DNA from: Octopus sinensis | Taxonomy: Eukaryota | Length of the DNA: 64,000 nt | NCBI RefSeq assembly: GCF_006345805.1 | Contig: NW_021833064.1 | Location: forward strand, 1-64,000 | Reading direction: 5' to 3' | Shown here: positions 25,200 through 38,252 of the stretch, piece after piece | Position numbering within the stretch: position 1 is the stretch's first letter | Layout of the letters: every line of letters begins with the position of its first letter | Program-made: the position numbers and the translations under genes | Notes under the pieces: generated by a model | Told to the model about the DNA's origin: nothing | Seen by the model: the letters and a program-made list of their open reading frames with translations, nothing else | Databases searched by the model: none

Positions 25200-26075
25200 A
25201 TAAAAACTAGGTTTGAAATTGAATTTAGAAAATGGAGATGAAGACTGGCATTTGCTATTCACCAAGAATGCCACTGGGGAATACTAAAGTTCATAAGAAG
25301 TGCTGTGAATTTTATTTTACTGTGAAACGCCCTATTATCGAACAAATTATAAAAGACTTCGAAATTTGTAAATTTGCTGGGCCGTTAAAAGTATTTTTGA
25401 TTAAATATACTTAGGTATCCGATTCTAGTTACCATGTAACGGCAAGAAGTCCAAATGAAAAATTCCAAGCGGATCTTATTGATGTTCAAAGATACAAAGA
25501 TTTTAACGATGAATAGAATTGGATATTAACAATTATTGACATCTACAGCAAATTCACAGTCTGCAAATCCATTAAAATTTTGTTTTCAAGTTGTTCAAAA
25601 AAGTTGGAAAATATTGGAGAATATTAAGACGTTAAAAGATTTTATGGTGGATATGTAGCCTGGCGGATTGCCAAACTGTTTCCCCGGATAATTAAAAAAA
25701 TCTGCCTTTCGGAAAACTTAACATTTAGTTCTAGAAGTTGGAAATAAATTTGAAAAAATTTTTGCCAAATTGGATATTGTCAAATTTTACAAACGAACAA
25801 CGGATTTAAATTCAAAAATCAACTGATGGATCATTAATGCGAGAAAATAAAATCAAACATATTTATGGAAGACCAAAAATCCCCAGTCACAAGTTTATAA
25901 ATTTGAAATAAATTAGGGTGCAGTTGAGCGCTTTAACCAAACATTGACACGGGGTATGATAAAACTGATGGATAAAGAAGGAAGTAGAAATTGGAAACAA
26001 TTTTCAGACAAAGTAACTTTTTCCTATAATACGACACACCACTCGGCGATCAATGAACCCCCCTTCAAAAAGTTT
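25200..26075 (+). pseudogene. Decayed H2C2 + rve integrase gene
   Basis: HQECHWGNTK..IC, PNEKFQADLIDV, IIDIYSKF, IKHIYGRP, AVERFNQTL, YNTTHHSAI. Confidence 0.75.
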
Positions 26076-26405
26076 AGTTTTTAATCTCATTCCTCCAGAC
26101 ATGAATTGATCTTATTTTAAAAGGATGAATTTAATGAGATTTTGATAGGATCCATTAATCCGGCTAGCCCATGGCTTAGGATGGCGAGAGCAGCTCTCGG
26201 ACGCCCAGGAACTGTCCCTCAAAGGCCTCCCTGAGGTCCTAGAGAAAATAATGTCTGGGTGGCAGGTAAGTCTTAGTTTGCGGCTGAGAAGTGAGCGTGT
26301 GTGCGAGACTGAAAAGGCAGGAATGCCGAAGGTCTTAATATACCCTCTACTAACAGCCTTTTTAAAATAAAAATTTTTCCTTTCTTTCGGGGAAATCCAA
26401 TTAAT

Positions 26406-26600
26406 ATGAACAATTTAATTCACAAAGCTATGAAAAGAGCTGGTTTCCCTTCAATTCTGGACCCGACGAGCCTTGTCCTTGAAAAAACAAAATGTCCAGA
26501 CGGCTGTACTCTTTTCGCTTTTGATTCCGGGAAGCAACTCGTTTTTGGCCGTCTGTGCACTTATCGCTCCAAAGATCCCAGGGAATTTATATTCCTTATT
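26406..26600 (+). mobile_element. Short CRE-like RLE fragment
   Basis: AGFPSILDP..PDGCTLF. Confidence 0.55.
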
Positions 26601-26761
26601 CAGAAGATCTCGTTAAAAAATTGTCAACAAAAATTAATATGAATTGGGTAAAAAAACATAGACGCTTAATTTTAATAAATTTTGTATTGTCGAAACAATT
26701 ATTGATTAGAAACAAATTCAAATAATTTTGACAATTACTGTGACAGGCAAAATGATAAATA

Positions 26762-29700
26762 CAGTACGACCCCGGTTTGGGGCAGACCCCATGGGTGGGG
26801 CACCCTCGGGTTTTGGGGCACCCCCGCTTTTAGGGGCAGTTTTTGAAAACAGTAAATTTTTCATTCTATTATTTATTTTTGATGACCCCGGTTTGGGGCA
26901 CTTATTTAATTACAAAATGTTAGTTTATTTATTAATTATTAATTAATACTATTATTTCACGTGTTTATTTTGACTTTAGTATGGTTCGTAAAAAGAATTC
27001 AAAGATTAATTATGAAACAAAAATTAAAATCGCTAAAGATATAAAACATGGTCAATTTTCAGAAAGAGATCTTGCTAAAAAGTATAAAACGAGCAAAGGT
27101 ATCTTTTTTAACTAATTATTAATTACAGGTACTATTTCTCGCATTAAACAAAATTTTGTTTATTATTTTGACGCGGGATTAACTGAATCCGATAGAATCA
27201 AGGAATCACATGATCCAAATAATGAATTAGATGATAGATTAGTTTTTGAAACTTTTCTACGTCTGAGATAAATTGGAGCATATTGTTCGAAAAATTCCAT
27301 GTTCAAATGATACCGTCAATAGAAGAATACGAGATCTATCCGAAAACATAAAAGAACAAGTTATTTTCTGGTTAATTATTATTAGGTCATTACTGAAATA
27401 AAAAGTGCTGCCTTTAAAAAATTTTCAATTCAATTGGATGAATCAACAGATGTAGCAAATTGCTCTCAGTTACTCGTTTATGTGCGATATATTTATATGG
27501 AAAATATTAAGGAAGAATTTTTGTTCAACTATTCCTTACCTTTAAACACAAAAGGTTCTGATATTTTCGATGCAGTTAATTGTTTTTTTGAAACAGAAGG
27601 TACATTTTTGATTTTTTACTTATGATAGGCCTATTGTGGCAAAATCTTAGTGCATGCACCACAGATGGAGCACCAGCTATGCTTGGATGTAACTCTGGTT
27701 TCCGAGGTAGAGTACAATCTGTCAATCCAAATGTAAAACATCTTCACTGTATGTTGCATCGTTATGTTCTTGCTGTGAAGACAATGCCTCTTGAACTTAA
27801 AAATGTTCTTGACGATGTTATTAAAATTGTCAATCATATCAAAAAAAGTCCTTTAAATTCGCGAATTTTTTATTCAATTTGTGAAGAATTTGGTTCAGAT
27901 GAGAAGGTTTTACTATATCACACAGAAGTTCGATGGTTATCCAAAGGAAATGTTCTTTCCAGAGGCACAGTTGAAGAATGAAATTATGAAATATTTCTTC
28001 GCGAAAATAAAAATTTATATTTATCAAAGTTATCAAATATGTATTGGGGTGTAATGCTATCTTATTTAACGGACATTTTTTCGCGAATTAATGCTTTGAA
28101 TTTATCGGTACAAACTAAGGGAGTTACCATTGTTGACTTTTTAGAAAAAACAAGGTTTTTTACGAAATATGCAATATTGTAGGTCTTTTCGTATGAAGCT
28201 CCAACTGTGGATAGATAATACAACAAATTCTAATTTTACTATGTTTGATAAGTTGAATGAAAACATTTTCCATCTAAAATTAAATGAAATAGAAAATTTA
28301 AAACATCAAATAACTTCCCATTTACTTGGATTGAAGAATGAAATTGAAAAATATATACCTGAAATTAATGAAGTAGATCTTAAGTTTTTGTCAATCCTTT
28401 TTCCGAAAAGTTAATGTTTTGCCTTCAAATATTCAAGAAGAAGTTATTGAATTAATAAATTCTTACGAGTCAAAATCTTATTTGAATCTGCACCATTAAT
28501 TGAATTTTGGTGTAAAATGACATCAAAATATCACAATATTGGATTTTATATAATCGATTTTTGCTTTTGTTTCCGACTACATATCTCTGCGAACAAGGAT
28601 TTTCATCGTTGTTTAATTTAAAATCAGTTCATCGTGCGAGGCTGAATGTTGTTCATGATATTCGGGTGTGTCTTTCGTCAAAGGATCCAGAAATCGATAG
28701 ATTAGTGATTGATAAACAACACCATCCATCTCATTAATTAAATATTTTTTTTCCTTAATTTTTTAAAAATCGATAAGGGGTACGCGAAAAATTATTTAGA
28801 TGGCAAGGGGTACGCAAGGAAAAAAAGTTTGAGAACCACTGATTTAAGGCATCAAATGGATGGCTAGACCGGTTCAAGAAAAGACACGAGTTGCTATTAA
28901 AACTATAAGTGGAGAAAAGAATTCATCTGACCTTTCTACGGTTTCCAATTTTTTTGCTGATTATGACAACTGTTTGGAAACTGTAGGAAGTGAAAATATT
29001 TTTAACTGTGATGAAACAGCTTTATACATAAAGCGAACGCCGTCGCGTCGAAATTTTGTTCAATTTAATGACAAATGCAATGGAATTAAAATGAGCAAAG
29101 AGAAAGTTACCCTTCTCCTTTGTTGTAATGCACTTGTGTGAAAAGTTAAAACCTCTATTAATTGGAAAATTCAAATCTCCTAGGTGTTTAAAAAATTTTA
29201 ACGCTGAGGATCACGGAGTACTATATGCTGCATCAAAAAATTCGTGGATGACTAGTGATATTTTTGGGAATGGTTATGGAAAGTAAATCAAGATATGATC
29301 AATGAAAAGAGAAAAATTGTCTTAATACTGGATAATGCGAGCTGTCACAGAAATACAGAATATTCCAATGGTTTATTTACTTTTTCTTCCCAAAAATACG
29401 ACCGCTTTAATTCAACCCCTAGAGAGGGGAATAATAAATCCTTCAAGTCCCTCTATTTCAATAAACTGATTGATTTTACTCTTATATTTGAAAAAGAACA
29501 GCTTTCTGATTTGAATTTGAATATGTCAATCTTAGACAAGTCATTACAGTTGTCGGGGAGGCATGGAAAATGATGTCAGAGACAACGATAATTAATTGCT
29601 GGCAGAAAATAAATGAAAACAGATCAAAAATTTCGGATAATGTACAGTTGGACGAAGAATTAATAGATGACGTGATTTCAGATGTTATTTCAATGGATTC

Positions 29701-30131
29701 GACAGATATTATTGAGGACAAAATTACTTATGATGGATATGAATCTAAAAAATCATCAATTAAAGAAATCATAAACATCGTGAATTCTCTAGAAGATAAT
29801 ATTTTCAGTACAGTCACCAATTTTTGAAAATCTACTACGAATTTAGAAAAAACCTATCAGGAGAACTGAAAAAAAACAATTCGGTGAGAAAATTACTGAT
29901 TACTTTTAATAGTATTTTTTGTTGGATTTATTAAAATTTTTAAATTTTATTAAGAAAGGACTATGTTAGAATTTTTATTAATATTAAATAATTTTAATTT
30001 ATAGTCTAAAATGCAATAAAAATCTATTGAGGAGAAAATAAAAGCAAAAAATCTTTACCCTCGCATTTTGGGGCACCCCCGCTTTTTGGGGCACTATGAT
30101 AAAAATGCTGCCCCAAACCGGGGTCGTACTG
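26762..30131 (+). mobile_element. pogo/Tigger element with both TIRs and a decayed transposase, interrupted by a hAT
   Basis: 23-24 bp TIR CAGTACGACCCCGGTTTGGGGCA(G), TA TSDs; HTH from 26981 with a 30-nt intron (27099-27128); FKASNGWLDRF, IFNCDET, SKEKVTLLLCCN, LILDNASCH. Confidence 0.92.
27275..28841 (+). mobile_element. Buster/ZBED5-like hAT, left end lost, transposase with micro-introns
   Basis: QLDESTD, TTDGAPAM, LHCMLHR, EVRWLSKG, TTYLCEQGFS; right TIR GTTTGAGAACCACTG then ATTTAAGG; introns 27360-27385, 27600-27628 and 28155-28182. Confidence 0.9.
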
Positions 30132-31199
30132 TAGACATCACTTATAGACTATTTGATTCATGAAACAAGAAATACAATTGAAAAATTAATAAAAATGCAA
30201 TATAACAAAAATAGGTATAAATAAGATGAAAATTACAAAGAAAATAATAGTAATTCAGAAATTTCAAGGTATGTAAAATAAAAGAGATCAAGGAAATAAA
30301 ATAGGACAATATCACAAAAAGGATGGAATTTCAGATAACTTAATCATTAAAAGAAACTACATCACGAATTATTCCCTTTAAATCCAAATTAAATATAAAT
30401 ATAGAAAACGACTAAATAGTGAAAAAAGTACGACATAGTAAACCCACAAGAGCCTAACGTGGCTTAATTTATTATATTTTTTATTTATAATTAAGATTAA
30501 TTAAACAATTATTAATAAAAAAACTTTATTTTAATTAAAACGATTTTACTGATAGGACGCGAATATTGACACCCATTTTTAAAGAATTTTAATTTGAAAA
30601 AAAAATTTTATTTCTCGAGTATAGAAGAGCTTCTATTGTAATTTTAACAAATTTTAAACTATGAAATTGGATTTTATTAAAAGTTTTCATTAAATGCCTT
30701 AAAACGTCAATTCCAGGCACTGTACCAGTCATTAGAATAATTCTGACAACTGTTAGAATGCTTCAGTTATCCCTCAAACAAATACAGCAAGTTGAGAAGT
30801 ATCTCTCTTTTATGCTTGCTGAATTTGTCGAATGCAATAAAAAAATATTCAAAATTTTCAAAAACGTTTTTTAAAAGAGAGATGAAATTTTTTACTGTTC
30901 TAATGACAGTTCTTGGAGATAATCAGATAATTTAAAAAATGTTTTTTAGTAGTAAATAAATGTATACTACTGCAATTTGGCATTCTTTATAAATTCGTTT
31001 TATATTGACTTTATTTGTTTTGCAATTATCTTTAAAATTTCGTGCGTGTGATAACGTCATTTTTACCACTCAAATAATTAAAAAAATTTTTTGAATTGGG
31101 TAATTCCAGTCTTGTAATTTTTATTAAACGTAATTCTCTTCTACATTTTCGTAATTTATTGTAGTAACAAGTCTCATACTTTCTTTTGATCCTATACAG

Positions 31200-31260
31200 C
31201 AGAGGTTGTCAAATAGTGTGCCGCGAGACGATTTCTAGTGTGCCGCCTGACAAATATAAA
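31200..31260 (+). mobile_element. hAT-like left terminus
   Basis: CAGAGGTTGTCAAATAGTGTGCCGCG preceded by CTATACAG (nnnTAnnn). Confidence 0.5.
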
Positions 31261-31289
31261 TTTGAACAATTTTTTTTCTCCAAATTAAT

Positions 31290-34200
31290 TCCTCTTTCCC
31301 GTCTACGCTTTGGGCGTCCCGATACAGCAACAAAGGGATGGGCAATCCCTTGCTAAAGTTTTGAAAGCGCAGATCGGTGAATTCATGTCCAATTTCGAGT
31401 CCGTCCTCTGCCCCCCTACCGAAGGGACGCACAAAGTTGAAAGAAGGCCTTCAAAGGCATCTGAGGCCGAAAGGATACGGCGGCTGGTACGGACAGAACT
31501 CATGGAAGGGGACGTAAAGGCCGCTGTACGCACCATATCCTCTGACCTGGGCACCCTTCCATACAGCACTGCTACTATTTCCGCATTGAAGGCGAAACAT
31601 CCCAGCGCCCCTGAAGATTTTCGTGAATTCCACCTCCCTAATGTCATGCCACTAGTAGCCTCGGCCGAAGACGTCTCCGATAGCCTGAAATCCTTCCGCC
31701 GCAGCAGCTCTGGCGGTGTGGATGGCCTAAGGCCTGGGCATGTTCGTGATTTGATATGCCGGCTCTCAGGGGAAAACAATACTACCTTGCTCGAAAAGAT
31801 CGTCGAACTCTCTAACAAGATTCTGTCCGGCGACTTACATAATATGTCACATGGGCGACTATGTCGCTATGGGCAGCCAGTCCTTTTACGTGTTCTATGG
31901 AACCGCAGAAAAGGTATTAAATTTGAATATAGCAATTATATATGGAAGAGTGTAGATTAATCAAATTCTAATTTAAAATTACATTTGAATTATCTTTTAA
32001 AAATGGCTTACCCAAAAGTATATTAATTTTAACAGCGTGTTACTCACACTTTGTGATGTCAGGGTTTAAGGGTTACGTCAGAAATATTAACGAATACAAT
32101 CAAATTAAGGAAGCGTTAATCGGGATATTCCCGGAGGATATGAATGTTCGAAGCAAACACCGGTTGGCCAAAAAGGCTTCCAATTTTTGTCAAAAATGTC
32201 TGAAGAATCGTCAGCAGAAACATCATTTAATTTCGAGTTAGGGTTAGATTTTGAATATATTTATGTTGTCACTTGCCAACGTTAGGGTTAAGGTTAGGGT
32301 TAGATTTTGAATATATTTATGTGGTCACTTGCCAACGTTAGGGTTTGGGTTAAGGTTAAAGTTGTTACAAACTTTGCAAAAAATTTGATGTAAATTATAA
32401 TTTGCTAATGTTGCAATTTATATTATCAAAAATAATTCACATTATAATTTGCTAATGTTGTAAATAATTGTACTATTTTAAAGCAAGCATGGTTCAAATA
32501 TAAAACATCATTTTCTCAAAAATTTAAAGTTCAATCATTAGTTCGGATCGTTTGCATTTATATTAGTTGGCCTGTTAGTAAATATTTGCTATGTAGTTGC
32601 CATGGAAACACGTAAAGGCCAGCATAATAAGTTACTAAAGCGTCCCAAATATTAATAATTTTTAAAAAAATCATATATTTAATAACATTTACAAATGAAA
32701 AATTTTGTTCGTTTTTTATTTTGGTTCAGATTACACTTTTGCCGTAAAAAGGCGGTAAATATATTTTTTGCACAAATAAAAATATTAGTTATTGTTTATA
32801 TATTGCTAAAATTCTATTTAGATATTTTTTTTGATTCGTTTCTTGGAAATTTTAGGAAAAATGTAGTGTTCGTTTTTTATTTTGGTTTACTGTATGCTCT
32901 TTTGCCCGTGAACTGATCTTCTCCTCATGTTTGACGGCCTTAAAGAAGGCGGATGGCGGAGTTCGCCCCATTGCTGTCGGAAACATTTTCCGAAGGATTG
33001 CTTCCAAGATAGCAAGCAAGGCAGGCTCTGGGGAACTTCTATCGTACTTCGTATCAACACAGCTCGAAGTTGGTGTCCGAGGAGGCGCTGAGGCCGGGGT
33101 TCACGTTCTACGTGAGTTTGTTTTTTCTTCCACGGATTCCCAACGAATTCTGGCCAAGATCGACTTAAAGAATGCATTCAATTCTGTTAGAAGAGACTGT
33201 ATTCTTGAAGCTTGCGCCAAAGAAATTCCATACATCCTACCGATTGTCAATTTGGCATACTCCAAGCCTTCCGCGCTTGTATTCGGAACAACAATACTTG
33301 ATTCTGCCAATGGAGTTCAACAAGGTGACCCTCTAGGTCCTCTTTTATGCTCCCTCGCGATTCACCAAACAACGAGATCGTGTAAAAATGATCTTAACAT
33401 GTGGTATTTGGATGATGGAGTAATTGGAGGAACCCCCGAAGGCATCTTGGAAACGCTGAAGTCTCTTGTTTTTAATTTTGGAGCGCTTGGGCTTGAATTC
33501 AATTGCGGCAAGTGCGAAATTGTGAATGTCAACACGGACGAACTTTCCTTTCGTAAGTGAATGACCGAATTCGACAAACTGCTACCTGGATGCACCTTCC
33601 CCCTCAAAGAAGACTTGATTTTTCTTGGATCTCCTATTTTTGAAAGTGGTATCAAAGCTGTTATGAAGGCTAAAATTTCGGAATTTTCCCTTCTCTCTGA
33701 AAAATTACGGTTGTGTGAATAGCACATTGGGCTCTTTTAATGAGGAACTGTCTATCAATTCCGAAGTTAACATACGTTTTGAGGACGGTCCAATGCTATC
33801 AGGAAACAGATCTTCTCGAAGACTATTCCGAGCATATGAGAGCTTGCACTGAGGACATCCTCAACGTTAGCTTCGATACGCAGTCGTGGAGACAGGCGAC
33901 TCTTCCAATTTCCCTGGGAGGGATCGGCTTGATCACCCCGGCAGATTCAGCGCACGGCGCATATTTTTCCTTAGTACTCTCGTCCAGAGATATGATCGAC
34001 ACTGTTCTTTCTCAAATAAACGAACAGAGGAAATCATTTGCTGTGGATGATTTCGTCGCCGTATGGGAAAAGCTGGGATTGCCATTGCCATCTGATGTGA
34101 CCTGCCAATCGGAGTGGACGTCGAAAGTCCACGCCAATACGTTTTCATGGCTAACGGAAACCATGGACCAGAAAAGGTTGGCTTGTTTACAAGCGGGCAG

Positions 34201-34863
34201 CCAGCCCCTAAGCGGCGCGTGGCTAAACTGTTACCCTTGTAGTACAACTGGCTGCCTTCTTAATGATGAAGCCGTAAAAATTGGAGTTTGTCTGCGCCTC
34301 GGTCTACGCGTTTATGCACAACACCAATGCCGGTGCGGCGTGTGGACTGACGAGCTTGGATATCACTCCCTCTCATGTCGAAACGGAATTGGACGTTCCT
34401 CATGGCATTCCGAACTGAACCAGATCATCTGTCGATCTCTTCGAACTGCTGGATTCCACACACAATTGGAACCTGCAGGGATTTTCGTAGAGGATGGCAG
34501 AAGACCCGATGGGATGACCACATTTCCATTCCAGAGGGGAAAGTGTCTGGTTTGGGACGTCACGTGTGTGAACTCCTTTTCCAATCAGAATATCAAATTA
34601 TACATCGAGAATCCTGGAGCCCCGTCTGAACGGGCTGAGAAGAGAAAAGCTGAGAAATACGCTGGAATTGGGAATGGGAGAGTGTTTGTCCCCCTGACTG
34701 TTGAGACGTCAGGAATACAGGGGCCTTCTACTCGGACCCTACTCCAGCGCATTGCCTCATTAATCGAAAGGGTTACCGGCGACCCGTGTGAGCACCGGTA
34801 TTTAATCGAAAGAATATTTATAGCCATAGTCAGAGGCAATACTCTGGCTATCCGCCAATGACT
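31290..34863 (+). mobile_element. CRE-like retrotransposon (RT+RLE), 5'-truncated, split by a 1055-bp insertion
   Basis: ORFs 31310-31960, 32931-33560 and 33740-34861: GGVRPIAVG, DLKNAFNSV, GVQQGDPLGP, WYLDDG, CRCG, RPDG, WDVT. Confidence 0.92.
31838..32892. mobile_element. Non-autonomous insertion with TA duplication and TTAGGG-like motifs
   Basis: Removing it plus one TA restores GDLCSFARELIFSS; right end GGTTTACTG|TA is Tc1/pogo-like; two copies of a roughly 50-bp unit containing GTTAGGGTT at about 32238-32345. Confidence 0.7.
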
Positions 34864-34999
34864 ATTTCTCTTTTGATTTGAAATATATAATCAAAAAAAG
34901 ATAAACAAATTAAAATAATTACTAAAATTAAAATAATCATTTTTTTATTATATATTAAATGACAATTACATTGGTTAGCCATTATTTATTAATTTTTTA

Positions 35000-36470
35000 A
35001 TAACGTGCGTATCAACGTGCTTATGGGTAAATCAGTTCGTCGTTCTTATAAAAATTCTTATTTGTCATTTGGATTTATATGCAATGATAAAAATTAACTA
35101 CCTCAATGTTTAATTTGCATGGAAGTCTTGGCAAATGATGCTATGGTTCCTAGCAAACTAAGGAGACATTTTACTTCCAAGCATCCGGACTATTCCGAAA
35201 AATCTGTTGATTATTTTATCCATTTGAAAAATGTTCATACCTGAAAAATGTTCATACCTGATGAAACTTTTGTGAACACAAAGGAATCATTAAAATGTTC
35301 AAACTTTACAAATTTGTTACCTTATACCGAAATTTGATGGCTATCAAGGGGTAAATCATTAACGAGGGTTTTTGAATTAAAGGACGAAATGTATGAGTTT
35401 TTTTAAATTGGAGGGGCATTCTGAATTTGTTGAAAAAATTCAGAATCCAATTTTGTCCTTAAAAACTTGCGTATTTATCTGACATTTTACAAATATTAAA
35501 TGAGGTTAATGCAAGTATGCAGATAGACGTTCTGAGACTATTTTATCGTCGACGGACAAATTAAATTCTTTGAAAATGAAAATCAGTTTTTGGAGAAAAA
35601 GGGTTTTAGATAACGATTATAGTATGTTTCCTAATACAAATGGTTAATTTTATATTTTAATTATAATAAAAATATAATGATGATTCGATACAGGAACTAA
35701 TTAATGAACATTTAATAATTTTGGAAAACAAAATGGATGCTTATTTTCTAGACTCCTTGGCTGAAGACTAAGCTATGGATTTGGACGGTCTGAGTTCGAT
35801 TCCGAAGGAGGCCGGTTTTCATCCTGGGGCTAATTCTCGTTATCGTTCCCCTGCCCCTGAGGCAACGAGTACTTCTGGCACGACACAGTTGGAAATGGGG
35901 ATCTCTTTACCTTCCGGGCTTAGCGTGGCGTTACGGGGTCCACCATGTCAGTTGGAAATTCCTTCGGATATGGCAACGCTCAGGAGGCACTTAATGCCTA
36001 CCTAAAAAGGACTCTTAGCTTCTCAGACCCTGGGACATCGTCGTCTCAGGCCGATCTTGCGGGAAGGATTGAACCTTTCAGAAGGATCTCCCTCGTTTGG
36101 ATCGGCGATCACGGGAATAACTATAATTAACTGGCTTTGCCCGTGTTTGGTCTTTAAATAATAAATAAATAATAAATAAGACTTAAAAATTGAAAAATTC
36201 GATTGGGTTATTAGTTTTTTAATATATTTAAAATACGAAATCCTTTTCTTGTCCCTGAATCAAAAAACTTGTCTATTAAAGAAAAGAACTTATTTCGCTA
36301 TTTAATGATCGATCCTTAAGATTATAGATGACGGAGTTAGACATTGGAGAATTCTGGATATATATTCAAAACATATATCCCAGTTTATCAAAACAAGCAC
36401 TGACCCTAATTTTACAGTTTTCAACGACCTATTTATGCGAAGCAGGTTTTGAAATACATTTTTTAGATTT
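35000..36470 (+). pseudogene. Decayed hAT transposase remnant, interrupted by a SINE
   Basis: Same remnant as 980-1703, continuing to DW.IRNPF and the dimerization motif FWI..YPSLSKQAL..FSTTYLCEAGF. Confidence 0.75.
35751..36179 (+). mobile_element. tRNA-derived SINE (copy of 1704-2125)
   Basis: Near-identical to 1704-2125. Confidence 0.85.
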
Positions 36471-36859
36471 TTTTCAATTTGAAACTGGGCGAAGTTTCTC
36501 CTTCCCTCCTCACACATAGTCTTTTATTCGTAAGTAGTAGTCTGATAATCTTAACCGACGATTCGTCTGTTTATCAAGTCGAAAGCTCTGGGAAGATCAG
36601 TATTTCGACGATTGTACTTTGGACGGCCAGCCTGATATTTTGTTGAGAGACCTTTTTGGATTAACTCCAAAAAAAATTTTTGTTCAAAATTTAATGTTAA
36701 GCATAGTGTGTCAGCGATATTTCTCTGTATTCCTGTAATAAAGCCTACACGATCTTTAGATGTAATTGTTTTTATTTTATCTACAATTATTTTTTCAAGT
36801 ATCCGTGTTCGATCGTAAAATAGCAAAAATTCCTCAAGCCAGAAAAATACTTATAAAGA

Positions 36860-37410
36860 TAATACAACATCGTCTAATGCCAAATGCCGAAATGATTTTA
36901 CCGCATGTCCAAGCATGATTCAGAAAGGGACAAGGTACACGTGACTATATAGAAATTGTCCTATGGATTATGGAGAATGTCCATAAAGTCCAAAAGAGTG
37001 TATACATGTGCTTCAGTGACTATTGGAAAGCTTTTGATTTCGTTATACACGACAAGTATAACTTCGTTCTGCTTTAAAAGAATTTGGATTTGATTCCTAT
37101 CTGATATTTCTTATTAAATCTCTTTATATGGACCAAGAAGCTACTGTTAGAACAGCGTATGGAGAAACCGACTGGTTTAAAATTGGTGAAGGGGTACATG
37201 GTTGCTTATTATCTCTCATCTTATTCAATATTTATGTCAAAATGATCATGTGTAAATTGGATACTGAACAATATTGCTGGGAAGAGAATTCCTGCCCAAC
37301 TGAGGACCTGCTGGCTATCAATAGTAGAAGACGTCACGGGATTGCGTTTATGAAGGCTTCTCGAAATTGGCTTATGAGATCTTCAAGGGTCGGACACGAC
37401 TTAATTGTAT
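36860..37410 (+). pseudogene. RTE (BovB-like) RT fragment
   Basis: DYWKAFD, LYMDQEATVRTAYGETDWFKIGEGV. Confidence 0.75.
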
Positions 37411-37581
37411 AACCTAAGTACTTGGGAATACTTTTTATTACCGCCATGCATAATCACTGGCGAAGTGAGCTAAGATTAGTTTAGTAATATTATTAAAATA
37501 GCCAATAATTTTTAAATAACTTGTATTAATATAAATCTAAACACTCCCTTGTGGCAAGCCACTTAAATTAGAATAAAATAA

Positions 37582-38160
37582 ATGGGGCAGCACTCTCACA
37601 AATACAACAGCCATCGATCAAGTCGCAAGAAATACTCTCAATCTAAAGCCGATGGAAGCAAGGTGAATAATGATTATAGTTTAATGGACCTTAACCAAGA
37701 AGTCCACCTCGTCTCATTCTACGCAAGAGACCGGAAGGAAATGTTAAGACAGACTTTTAGGTCACTCAGTGAATCTGAGTTGGCACACATAATTCCCCCC
37801 TGTTTGCAGGTACATGTCACTCCCCCACTACAGGACATGACCACTGACCAAATAAGGCACACTGCACTCAAGGAGGCTAAGAAAATATCGAGATCTAATC
37901 TTAAACGAATAGCCAAAGGTCGCTCTCCTGCCTCAGGTTTAGGCAAGTCTTTGAAGCAGTCCAAATCCAAGAGAGACCCATCTGCCGAGGATTTGCCTCA
38001 GTTGGATAAGGGGGAGTGTGAGGAAGCAACTGAACTTGAATTCCGAGCCAAGGCCATAAAGGCACTCTTAAAGGCCCAGTCAAAGGGAAGGACTCGGCCG
38101 ACTTCCAACACTTTATTGGAAGAAGACTCGGAGATATTCGACTTGACTGGTCTGCCTTAA
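37582..38160 (+). CDS. CAAP1: CAAP1-like protein (caspase activity and apoptosis inhibitor 1 family)
   Basis: VSFYARDRKEMLRQTF..IIPPCLQ|DMTTDQIR and C-terminal ELEFRAKAIKALLKA resemble the recalled CAAP1 motifs; probable in-frame 24-nt intron 37810-37833. Confidence 0.7.
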   Translation: MGQHSHKYNSHRSSRKKYSQSKADGSKVNNDYSLMDLNQEVHLVSFYARDRKEMLRQTFRSLSESELAHIIPPCLQVHVTPPLQDMTTDQIRHTALKEAKKISRSNLKRIAKGRSPASGLGKSLKQSKSKRDPSAEDLPQLDKGECEEATELEFRAKAIKALLKAQSKGRTRPTSNTLLEEDSEIFDLTGLP

Positions 38161-38252
38161 CAATAAAGAGTTTAGGAAGGAAGAAAATGAGCACGTCCAT
38201 AGCACAGAGCTATCTTGACAGGAAATGAGTTAAATAAATTGTTTTTTCCTTT

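Noticed and set aside
26150-26345. GC-rich island with GGCAGGTAAGT, considered as a spliced-leader RNA
   Set aside because: No Sm-site or stem-loop pattern and single-copy here; more likely a TE scrap.
35024-35055. Non-canonical GT-AA intron in the hAT remnant
   Set aside because: The segment reads in frame as GKSVRRSYKNSYLSFGF; two other AA-ending candidates (about 35643 and 36207) are more simply decayed GT-AG introns in a dead copy.
35826-35875. Twister or hammerhead ribozyme match in the SINE core
   Set aside because: No CUGANGA/GAAA core, and the T1 pairing required for twister is absent.
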